The notes beneath the pieces are model-generated. The model had not been told where the DNA came from. It was given only the letters and a program-made list of their open reading frames with translations, and made no database searches. DNA of 64,000 bases from NCBI GenBank assembly GCA_951406725.2, contig OX597815.1, positions 136,152,001 through 136,216,000 on the forward strand. Direction: 5' to 3'. A program made the position numbers and the translations under genes. The stretch is from Octopus vulgaris. Lineage: Eukaryota. Below, piece after piece: positions 14,345 to 24,634 of this stretch (position 1 is the stretch's first letter; the number at the start of each line of letters is the position of its first letter).

Positions 14345-14830
14345 GTATTATTATTCTTTCCTACTCTAAGCACAAGGCCCGAAATTTTGGGGAACGGGGG
14401 GCCAGTCAGTTAGATCGTCCCCATAACGCAACTGGTGTTTAATTTATAACTGGTACTTAATATATATTATATATAAGGCGGCGAGCTGGCAGAGACCTTT
14501 GCACGCCGGGCGAAATGCTTAGTGGTTTTTCGCCTGTTTTTACGTTCTGAGATCAAATCCCGCCGATGTCGACTTTGCCTTTCGGGTTCGATAAATTAAA
14601 TATCAGTTGCATACTGAGGTCGATCTAATCGACTGCTGCATCCCCCAAATTTTGTCCCTCCTGATGCTGGAGTGTTTACCTCCCTGTAATCTACCGGTTC
14701 GGCAATAGACACCGACACAATAAGTACTAGGCTTGCAAAGAACAGGTCCGGGGTCGATTTGTTCGACTACAGGCGGTGCTCCAGCATGGCCACAGTCAAA
14801 TGACTGAAACAAGTAAAAGAATAAAAAGAG
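14345..14830. mobile_element. SINE cluster: partial copy (-) at 14345-14460; tRNA-SINE (+) at 14477-14660 joined to the tail of the 778-type SINE (14660-14830)
   Basis: GGCGGCGAGCTGGCAGA...GATCAAATCCCGCC head; tail nearly identical to 1090-1200. Confidence 0.8.
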
Positions 14831-14961
14831 TAACAGAAAAAAAATACATGTTTGTGTGTATGTGTATGTGTGTCTGAGTGCGCGCATGTGTGTGTTTGTT
14901 GTAAATAATTGTTTTGTCAAGCAGTGCTTTTAATTACAATATTCTAAAAAAGAAAACATGT

Positions 14962-15290
14962 CTGGCCATGTGTAAAATATTACGTTGCTCGAAACTGAAC
15001 TGGTGAACTTCGGCGTCAGGAAGGGCACCCGGTCGTAGAAAATTTCCATTAGAGAATTCCGTTCAGTCTTGGAAGCATGGAAAGTGGACATTACGTCGAT
15101 AATGATTCTTTTAATCTTTATCTTACCTCTTTCAATCATTTGATTTGGTGCCATACTTGCGTTAGAAGAATTTAGTCGATCAAGTCGAGCCATCTACTTT
15201 TTATAAAAATTCTGGTACCTATTTTATCGGTTTTCTTTTGCGTACAACTACGATGCTTGGACTTAAGTAATACATCTTTTGTTAAGCGAC
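14962..15290. mobile_element. SINE fragments: RTE-type tail (+) ~14962-15105 and 778-type tail (-) ~15130-15290
   Basis: GGCGTCAGGAAGGGCACCCGGTCGTAGAAA...AAGCATGGAAAGTGGACATTA; reverse-complement similarity to the SINE tail. Confidence 0.55.
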
Positions 15291-15509
15291 GCGGAGAAAC
15301 ATTTGTGATATGCATTTGCATTCATACTCTTACTGCCTCTTTCGCTTATATGTAGTTATTATCGTCATTAATTTGTTATTTGCTTAACGTTGTTTTCGTT
15401 TGCTTAAGTACTGGCTATGTGGATACTCTGAATATCTGGCTATGTGGATACTCGTTGAATACTCTATTAACACATTGCCCTGGTCATTACCGTATTGATG
15501 CAATTACTG

Positions 15510-15724
15510 AAGGTTTCAAATTTTTGCACAAAGCCAGCAGTTTTGCGGAAAGGGTTAAGTTGGTTACATCAATCCCATTTCTCAACTGGTCCTTATTTTA
15601 TAGATATCGAAAGAAAGAAAAGGAATGTTGACCTCGGCTGAATTTGAACTGAAAACGTGTAGACGGATGAAACACTACTAAGCATAGTGCCCGGCGTGCT
15701 AACGATTCAGCCAACTCGTCGCCT
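15510..15724 (-). mobile_element. tRNA-derived SINE (family of 14477)
   Basis: Reverse complement reads GGCGACGAGTTGGCTGAATCGTTAGCACGCCGGG...GTTCAAATTCAGCCGAGGTCAAC. Confidence 0.85.
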
Positions 15725-15954
15725 TTTTTGTTGCATATCATAATGCCGTTACTTTTTGTGAGGCTAGCTTGCTTTTATGAGTCGGATTAGTGATTTTGTG
15801 GTTTCTCTAAGTTTTTGTTACTTTTACTGCAGTAAAAAATGATTATCACTGCAAACGAATTCAAAGCATATTTACAAATGCCGTTTAATATTACTACCAA
15901 AACCAAATTCATCACAAAAATTATCTGAGGAGTTAAAGTTTAAGTTTTAATAAT

Positions 15955-16578
15955 TGCAGAATGTGGAAAGAGTGTGAACATATAAATAGCCTACAGCTTC
16001 TAGCTGCCTGAACTTAGAGAACAGAAAATAAAACAGACACGCTAGAATTTATGGTTTCATAGTCTGGAACTATATAGTGGTTATGGGAAAAAACCATAAG
16101 AAGTAGTACGAACTTTAATCACAAAAATTTTATAACAGATCACGTACATAATGTTCTTTTTATGAGATTATTCACACAAAGTGGAAGGTTAATTCTCCAG
16201 AAGTTGTTGCGAAAGACCAAAAGAAAAGGTAAGTTTTAATTGCATATTACTTATAAAAACTATCAAGTGATAGAGGTATCAAAAATGTAAGAATTGAAAG
16301 CAGAAACAATCCAAATAATAAAGGTATCTTGAGAAAGCTTAAAAAGAAATTCTTAAAATTGTATAACAAAACTGTGATTTACAAATTCACTCATCATAAA
16401 ACTGAATAGCAGTACGAAGCAATGTATACATACACGTACATACATACGTATGTACATACATGCATACGTACATACATACATATATACATACATATATATG
16501 TACAAATATATTCATGAACACATACATAAGTGCGTTTGTGTGTTTACGCGTATGTGTATACATACATACATGCATGCA

Positions 16579-16612
<34 letters not shown>

Positions 16613-16662
16613 CATACATACATACATACATACATACATACATACATACATACATACATACC

Positions 16663-16696
<34 letters not shown>

Positions 16697-17400
16697 TGCA
16701 GAGTACTTTAAGAACATTTGATGTTACTGTGTTGAAAATAATTAAGAGAATCCTTTCAAAGAATGTTCTGTAGAGTAAAAAGAAAACAATAGATAAAATT
16801 CAAGTGATGAATATTTATATATGAAAATGATGAATGGTGGAAATAGTGTGAAGGGTTCAAAGTTAGAGTTGAATTTTTTATGCCAAGTAAAATGTGTGAA
16901 TACAGAAGAAATGCGTGACAGAAAAAGATTAGGAAATAAAATTGTTCTATGAAAAGACAAACAAAATACAACGTTCAACTTAGCAGCAAAGGTGAAATTT
17001 GATGATTGAGAAATCATAAAATATTCAACGGTTCAGGGATAGACAATGAGTGGAATGTGAAAGCCATAATGCAAAATATGTCTGCAAAAATGATGCATAC
17101 GGAGAAAATAGAAAATAGAACATTTGAAAGAGAAACTGCAAAAGATAAAACAAATGAAGCGTACACAGTTCAAATATAAATTGCTATCGATTGAAATCTT
17201 TAACGGCTTATATAAAAAAAACAAAATCAGCGGATAAATTGTGACGTCAATTTCAGGAACCATTGTAGAAATGTTAAAAACAAAGACATGGGGAATGTGA
17301 CCGACATTGAATACGTGTATTTAAACTATAGAAATATATAGGTGTACAGAAGAAATAGAGTCGCTCATGTTTGTTATATGGATGTAATTCACGTGATGGT
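15955..17400 (+). mobile_element. Highly decayed R4/Dong-like retroelement fragments interrupted by (TACA)n
   Basis: RH-containing CCHC/RLE-like remnant near 15960-16110 and a YMD remnant near 17370; many stops. Confidence 0.35.
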
Positions 17401-17529
17401 AACGTTTGTGTTAGCAACCATGTTCTTCATTAAGACAACTAATATATATATAGGACAACTAACAAAAAGGGGTAAATTATTCGGAGTAGTACAAAATTTG
17501 ATGCATTAATTAGATGATACTAAGCCAGA

Positions 17530-17675
17530 CAAAATACTTTGCAGTATTTCGTAGGTCTTTCTGAGCTCAAATACCGCCGAGGTCGACTTTGCTTTTCATC
17601 TGAGTAGTAGGGTTGATGTAATCGACTTCCCCCTCCCCCAAATTGCTGACCTTTGCTAAAACATGAAACCAATAA
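17530..17675 (+). mobile_element. 5'-truncated SINE (family of 14477)
   Basis: GCTCAAATACCGCCGAGGTCGACTTTGCTTTTCATC...GATGTAATCGACT. Confidence 0.75.
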
Positions 17676-18570
17676 TTAGATGATACTAGAAGATAAAAGA
17701 AGACTATTTTGAGATTATGAATAGCACAAGCCTAAAACTATCAGCAAAAGGATGACAAGCATGGGTATTTTGTATGAGTCATTGTAACGAATAGAAGTAG
17801 GTAGCTGAGAGGTTCGAAGTTCTTTTCTTGTCGATGGTATTGTGTTATACCAGTGACTAAGCTTTTGAACTATTTCAATATTTCAGCTTGTGTATCTATA
17901 ATGTGTACCGCAGTTTGGAAGGAGTCGTTCCAGCTGTGAATAATTCGTTAGCCTGCGGGGCAATTTTTCCGTTGGAAAAATTACAAGCGCCGTTCTCGCA
18001 GAATTTATGTTAGGAATGATGGTGTTCAAAATCAGAGAATGCTGAACATTGTAATTTGAAAAACCATAATTTTTTTTCATTGAAAATCTATATGGAAACT
18101 TAGCTGTCCCTAGAGATAAAAACACGATAATCATCCTTAGAATAGAAAGAATGGAAAACGGCTAGAGAAATTTTGAAATGTAGAAAGAAAAAGCTCGCAT
18201 TAAATGGAGAATAATATATAGATATAATAGTATCTTACAAAAAGAAGAGATATTTCAAGATTATTAAGGTACGGAACAGGAAAAAATTACCAGCATAAGA
18301 AAGGCAAATGCCTCTTTCTCACTGTGGCATCAAAGGAACGGATCAGAGCAATCTTAGTACTATTTCTAAATGAACCATTCAATTTCCGAAATCATCACTC
18401 GATTCTGTCCCTACAGCTCTTTGATCCATTCCTAACTCACCAACTCACTATAACACTTGACAGGGAAATTTTATAATTTAGATACTCTTCTAATGACCAC
18501 GGCACCTATATTATGCAACATGATACATAAATCGCATCAAATTTCAAGCTACCCGCAAAATTTATGCCCT

Positions 18571-19690
18571 GTCCCTCATGAAAAGTTAATAGGCTGATCA
18601 AAATATTCTCACGGATTGGGACCAAATGAGATTTACTTTTCAACATAGTCCCCCTTACAGTCGACTCACGTCTTTCATCGTTGTCGCAGCGCTTGGATCC
18701 TATCGGTTTAGTAGCTTTCAACCTGTTAGTAAAAAAAATTATGACCAGCAGATATGATGTCACGACCACAGCGATACTGGTTTCCACCAAGTCCTTTTTC
18801 ATGTTGGGGAACGAATGATAATCAGATGGGATCAAATAAAGAGAATAGGAAGGGTGATCAACTAGTTCAGAGCCATAGTCACGCACAGCAGCCATTGAAA
18901 CTAAGGATTTGTGTGCTGGAGCATTGTCCTAATAAAACAAGACCCCTTTCTTTAGTTTTCCTGAGCGCTTGGCCTTGATATCTTTTCGTAACTTTCTCCG
19001 CAAATTGGCATAGTTCTCTCCATTGATGGTGTGGCCTTTTTGGGGATATTCAATAAACAGAATGCCTTTTACATCCTCCAAATCTGAGGCCATCACATTC
19101 TCTGCAGATAAAATGACCATGATCGTCTTTGAAGCAGGAGAGGATGGGTGTTTCCATGGCATGGTCTGTTTCTTTGTCTCTGACTCAAAGCGATGAAAAT
19201 GTTCAAGGAAACAATATCAGATATTCTCTTGATGTGATCAGCTTGGAGCGCTTTTGATCGAATGTCAGAAGAGGTGGTAGCTATCGAGCAGAAACCTTGA
19301 TCGTGCCAAGTTCATCGTGCAGAATATATTCAATTCTCTCACGGGATGCGCTAATAACGTTGGCTATATGTAGTTAATCACCTGTCTTCAATCAGCATAT
19401 AGTGAACACGATCAATGTTTTCCACCGTGGCGGCAGTACTTGGGTAAAACTCAAGACACTCCCTTCCCTTCCAAAATTCAGTTACCTGTTTAGCTCATTT
19501 GATAAAGCATTTGAAAAGCATCCCTTTATGTAGCAACCATATTAGCATGAATACCCTTGGGGTCTAACCCGTTATTCTTCGGCTACTTCATAACACCGAA
19601 ATGGCAAATTTTGTCCATTTTCAAGAGAGTTCGCCACTAGATACTTCTGAAATCTTCTTTGAACAATCAGATGTCAGTTAACCCGTCAAC
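18571..19690 (-). mobile_element. Decayed mariner (DD34D-type) transposon
   Basis: Frameshifted transposase: WKHPSSP...KGILFIEYPQKGHTINGENYANL...KGVLFY; HPSYSLYLIPSDYHSFPNMKK; terminal GDYVEK*. Confidence 0.92.
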
Positions 19691-20113
19691 TGAATGAATA
19701 CTGGGATCACATTGTTAAAGATAACAAACTACTTACAAGCTCCCAAATATGTGCGATCGATAGTAAGCAATTCAAAAATATAGTTAAGTACAATCCCTGA
19801 CACAATTTTACGTAGAAAAGCTTTTGGAAGAAGTGTAGTGGAAATATCAGTAACAACAATCCAGTAGAATGGAATACAATGGAGACTAAATTAAAGTGAA
19901 ATTAATAAATAACATTGGAAAACATTAATGAAGTGCATCATATAGGAAACGCATTGACTAAGGTAACAGATGACCTTTCTCACTGAAAGACCATGAATTT
20001 GACAAAACGCTAATTCGCTTAAATATCTTATATAGAAGCTTATGCGAGTTTGTTATTCGGAAGGTATAACCATATATATGTATATGTGTGTATGTGTGTG
20101 TGGGGGAGGGGGG

Positions 20114-20237
20114 TAGTGTAATGTCTCGATATACGAGTTAATTTGCTCTCGGACAACGCTTAGAAGCTAAAACTCGTAAAATCTCGTAAACCCGGGGCCT
20201 CGTAAATTGGGCCATCGCAAAGTGAGGTATTACCGTG
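20114..20237. mobile_element. Mini Tigger/pogo-like MITE
   Basis: Imperfect TIRs GTAATGTCTCGATATACGA and (reverse complement) GTAATACCTCACTTTGCGA. Confidence 0.45.
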
Positions 20238-20238
20238 T

Positions 20239-20297
<59 letters not shown>

Positions 20298-20740
20298 AAT
20301 CTGACTGTTGGGTATGTTATCTGTATGGACTTCAAGATAATTTAGGAGATATAGGTTTACTTAAACAATTATTAATTACAGGTATTTTTTTGTACATGGG
20401 TAAATGTGGTTTCATTGTTGTAGTTTAATTAATAATGTTAGTATTTAATGCTTCCTAGAATTAAGATTGAATGAAGGTCGTGATATCTAAGGTATGTTTG
20501 TTCCTAAACAGCACTTATTTTAGTGCTGTTGACATCACTAGATTGAATGGTACAGCTCAGGTATCAAAACCATAGTGATATCCGTGGGGCAGCTGATAGG
20601 TGTGTTGGATTGATTTTATGGCTGTCATTGTAAGTGCGGAATAATTTTATGAGATATCCATTATATATATATATAAGATTTACAAATTGTTTAGATCAAC
20701 ACATGTTCTAACGCTCTGTGCATCTCGAATTAACAAAGGC

Positions 20741-20820
20741 GTCTCGCTGATGAAACCGGCCTTAGCAAACATATTCTGTCTGTTTTGCTAGAAAGAGGTA
20801 GAAACTGATCAGTCCGCGAT
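20741..20820 (+). ncRNA. Type I hammerhead ribozyme motif (PLE-type)
   Basis: Stem I GTCTCG/CGCGAT, core CTGATGA, stem II ACC..TAGCAAAC/GTTTTGCTA..GGT, GAAAC-TGATCA-GTC with palindromic stem III; predicted cleavage after C20814. Confidence 0.8.
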
Positions 20821-21010
20821 ATATCGTTAATGGTAAATGTTTTTGATCTTCACTCTCGATGAATTTATCCCTTTTTTTGTGTCCCTAGCACTTGGCATCC
20901 TTATTTGGGAGCCCTTAATTATATTTCTATATTAATAATATTTTGTCTAATGACTAATTCATCTATTGTGCTGAGCCACTGGTAGTAATCTATGTTATTA
21001 CCGTTTTTTC

Positions 21011-21048
<38 letters not shown>

Positions 21049-21049
<1 letters not shown>

Positions 21050-21220
21050 CGGGAAGATTTATGAAAATAGACAAAAGACGAAGGCAGGTGGAAAACAAAC
21101 AAACAATTGTATTAGTATGGCGCTCAGGAAATATAAATAAAACAAGTCTTTAACGTTTCGAGCCTACGCTCTTCAACAGAAAGATACACAGAGAGAAAAA
21201 AAACACAGAAAGAAGGAGAT
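21049..21220 (-). mobile_element. Short PLE-LTR-like module between (TA)n tracts, with variant hammerhead motif (21146-21185)
   Basis: Reverse complement TCTTT-CTGTTGA-A-GAGC-GTAG-GCTC-GAAAC-GTT-AAAGA; homolog at 43770-43955. Confidence 0.75.
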
Positions 21221-21484
21221 ATATATATATATAAATGTCAACACTCTCAGCCATTCCAAGAACAAAAAAAACTATATCTGGTTTGTGATTCCTTTCGGGA
21301 GACAAATCAGGTCTAATCTCCTTTACAATTCCGTGAAGCCGTTACTAAGAATTTTCCTAGGAATTCTAGATACTACTCCACTATAAATTCGCATAAAGTA
21401 AGAATAGCATTCTCAAATACTAAAAATCTTTCGCAGATAATAGCTTCCCACAATAATAAGCTGCTAAATAGGGTCTCTCCACCC

Positions 21485-22249
21485 ATGAGTAACGACACCG
21501 CCTTTACCCATTCCAACGTAACATACAATAATGATAATAATAGAAGTAGTATGGATATTAGCAACATTCATAGCAGCATTAGCGTTAGCAATAGTAATAA
21601 TGATAATAACATTAGCCAGATTATGAACAGTGGTGGTGTTAGTGGTAATAGTACCAGCATTCTTAATAACAGTTATATTATTGATGATAACAATCGCAGC
21701 ATTCCTATAGCCAGGGAATTTGCCGACGATATTACAACTAATAGTAATGATAATAAGATGAATAGTGTCGTGGCCAAAGCCAGCAACAATTTTTACACCT
21801 ATCACAACAATAAAAGCTCTGTCTTAGTATCGGAAACCAACTCCAACAGATTAAAGTTCTTATCCAAAAATTCCAAAATTAGAAACACCACGTACCAATG
21901 CAAAATCTCTTCTGGAACCGATGTCTACTTCTATATTGGCGCAACCTCTTTTAAATTAGCCCAAAGGATCTCCAACCATTTTTCCACTTTCAGAGATAAG
22001 AGAAAGCAACACAACACGGGGCTAAGCAAATTAGTCTGGCATCTGAAGAACAATAACACTACGTTCAAACTCGAATGGTCCATTTTGTCGGTATCCTTCC
22101 CGTTTGATAAAGGCAGAAAATTTTGTGGCATCTGTAATTCCGAACTTTTTCATATTTTGTTCGCCAAAGGCCCTTTAATAAACACAATCGTCGAAAGATC
22201 CTACAGGTGTTTACACTGGAAAAGACACACCTTTCACTCATATAAATAG
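21485..22249 (+). CDS. PLE GIY-YIG endonuclease domain (partial ORF; frame is open upstream to ~21325) with Asn-rich insertion
   Basis: TTYQCKI...YIGAT...QRISNHFSTF...NTGLSKLVWHLK...LEWSIL...CGICNSE...LIN...RCLH matches the PLE GIY-YIG pattern. Confidence 0.85.
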   Translation: MSNDTAFTHSNVTYNNDNNRSSMDISNIHSSISVSNSNNDNNISQIMNSGGVSGNSTSILNNSYIIDDNNRSIPIAREFADDITTNSNDNKMNSVVAKASNNFYTYHNNKSSVLVSETNSNRLKFLSKNSKIRNTTYQCKISSGTDVYFYIGATSFKLAQRISNHFSTFRDKRKQHNTGLSKLVWHLKNNNTTFKLEWSILSVSFPFDKGRKFCGICNSELFHILFAKGPLINTIVERSYRCLHWKRHTFHSYK

Positions 22250-22801
22250 TGACTAATATAGATAACCCTCGATTTCTAAAAAAATTTTTTCTATATTTCA
22301 CCCCAATATTCAAAAAGATTTTCTTATATTCCCAATTACTACTATCCATTCTTGCGTTGCCTCTCACCTCGCCCGATTCTTTCTCCCTTTCACTATCTAC
22401 TTTCCTTTCTCTACAGTAAACATAATCGAACACACAGACATAGACCTTTCACCTCACAGCTGTCAGTTTTCTGACATCTACCCATCCACAAACACAATCA
22501 CGCATTCAGACACACACATACACACATTAAGACAGTTATATACAGTCACACACACAGGCACTCATTCACAAAAGAAATCATTTAAACCCACCATTCTTTT
22601 GACCTGCACTCTCTCACCTTACTATTCTTATGCCTCCCTCCTCCTACTTCGTTTGAACTCTTGAACCTTTAGAAACTTCTAGATTCTTCTACATTCAGCC
22701 GCTCTGACGTCACTCATTATAAAGAGACACTCATTATCGCCATGGGCTCCTTGAGAGCGGTCAGCTAAAAGTTTTTTGTGCATTTTGATGTCGACATAAG
22801 T

Positions 22802-22898
22802 TCCTTGATTTTCCTGATGCGAAATCTGCATAATGTACTCCTTATTCCTTCGGAATTAGGAATATGCAGCCTTCGAAACATATGTCGAGAATAAAGGA
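22802..22898 (+). ncRNA. Type I hammerhead motif in PLE 3' region (A9C core variant)
   Basis: Stem I TCCTTGATTTTC/GAGAATAAAGGA; CTGATGC; long stem II GAA..CTGCATA..ATTCC-TTC-GGAAT..TATGCAG..TTC; GAAAC-ATAT-GTC. Confidence 0.8.
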
Positions 22899-24140
22899 TA
22901 TTTGTTAACTAGTCGTTCAACTCCATTCTTTCATATACTTATAATTTTAAAATAAACATACAAATTTCCGCACGAAGACACGTAGTCTATGCCCTAGGGA
23001 CGTAGCTTCAACCGTGTTCTTTCTGATGTGAATTTGCTACCTAGGTACCGGTTATCTTTCGAATTATCCTTAATAAGATAATTCATTCAATTACTCAAAT
23101 ATATATATATATATATATATATTGGAGGTGGTGGTGGTGGTGGTGGTGATGGTGATGGTGATGGTGATGGTGATGATGATGATATATATATATAAGCCAT
23201 AGTTTATAATTATTCAAAAGAAAATTAAGAAAATGGAGATATAGCATTTAATAAAATCTTATTATCTGCAAAAATCAGACACATTCTCCTACAGCTATTT
23301 CAATTAAGCCTAAACATTATAATAGCTGTAATTAAGTCATTATATAAGGCAAAACTTTCTCACTGTGGATAGAAAGAATGAATACCGTTAGATTATTTGG
23401 TGTTATATTTTAGAAGCATCGCAGTAGTCTAGTTCGGATACTTATTGATCAGACCACGTATGTGTGTGTGAGTGAGAGAGAGAGAGAGAGAGAGAGAGAC
23501 GGGGGGGGGGGGAGAGATTACGTGCGTGTGTGTGTGTGTGTATGAGTATAAACTTTTGTAAAATATTATTTGGGCACTCACAATATATGAAGAAATAGTT
23601 TCTTAAATAAAAATTATAATGATATAAATATCTGAAAACCATGGCATAATGACACGATACTTTTGTGATGAGATTTTCGCACTGTGTTAAGTTCCTTCGC
23701 TCTTTACAGCTTTTCAGACATGCACGTTATGAGGTAAAATTGAACACCTTCGTTTCAGTAGAGGTGTTTACTATTTCTAGTTCTGCATCAGATTTGGAAC
23801 CATTAATCTGCTCTTGCCTTTTGTCATTGACTGTTTTCTTCCTTCGATTTCAAAAAGGAAATCTTTTGAATTTTCCATTTGCAAAAAAGTATCTATATGT
23901 TCAGTACATGGAACACTTCTAAGGGATGATTCCTTGATTTGCTGAGGTTGCGTCAAAAGTATTCAGTCCTAACATCTGAGGTCTAATATCACTATGCAAA
24001 AGCAAAATCGTTATGTATGTATATATATTAAAAATTATAATTAAGGGTATCTAAAAGATACCACCATGCTAGAGATACCAGTCAAAGCTTGACTCTAAAA
24101 CCGCATTATGTATTCATACGGCATCAAGAGAAAAGACAAA

Positions 24141-24173
<33 letters not shown>

Positions 24174-24176
<3 letters not shown>

Positions 24177-24385
24177 CCACTTAAATGTAGCTAACAACTA
24201 CGAGTAGATACTACTGTAGCTTGTAGCCCCAGGAGAACATCTTCTCCAGCTGGCTATTTACACACTTTCTGTGCCCTATCAGTATTTGCAAAGGAAAGCC
24301 ACCCTTCACATCGTTGACCTGGCGTGATACGGGTTTCTGAGAATTTACCCGTCATCAGCGCACGCATTCCTCGTTCAGAGATTTA
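24174..24385 (-). mobile_element. (TA)n-bounded module with degenerate hammerhead (~24322-24366)
   Basis: Reverse complement GCGTG(CG)-CTGATGA-CGGGTAAATTCTCA-GAAAC-CC-GTA-TCACGC; shares GGAGAACA/TCCAGCTGG blocks with 27770-28150 and 63830-63950. Confidence 0.55.
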
Positions 24386-24394
24386 TTATATATA

Positions 24395-24458
<64 letters not shown>

Positions 24459-24634
24459 TGTGTGTGTGTGATAATATATACGTCTGTATATATGTGTTTG
24501 TATATATATAAATATATATATACACATTATATATGTGTGTGTTGTGTGTGTACACTATATATATATATATATGTACACACACACAATCATACACACCCGT
24601 GTATATGTGTGTATGTGGGGGGACGTGTTTAAAT

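Larger units (their letters stand above)
21236..23100 (+). mobile_element. 5'-truncated Penelope-like retroelement (linker + GIY-YIG endonuclease + 3' LTR-like region), bounded by (TA)n
   Basis: Upstream frameshifted linker YIWFVIPFG...KNFPRNSRYYSTINSHKVRIAFSNTKNLSQIIASHNNKLL, then the GIY-YIG ORF and a downstream HHR. Confidence 0.88.
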
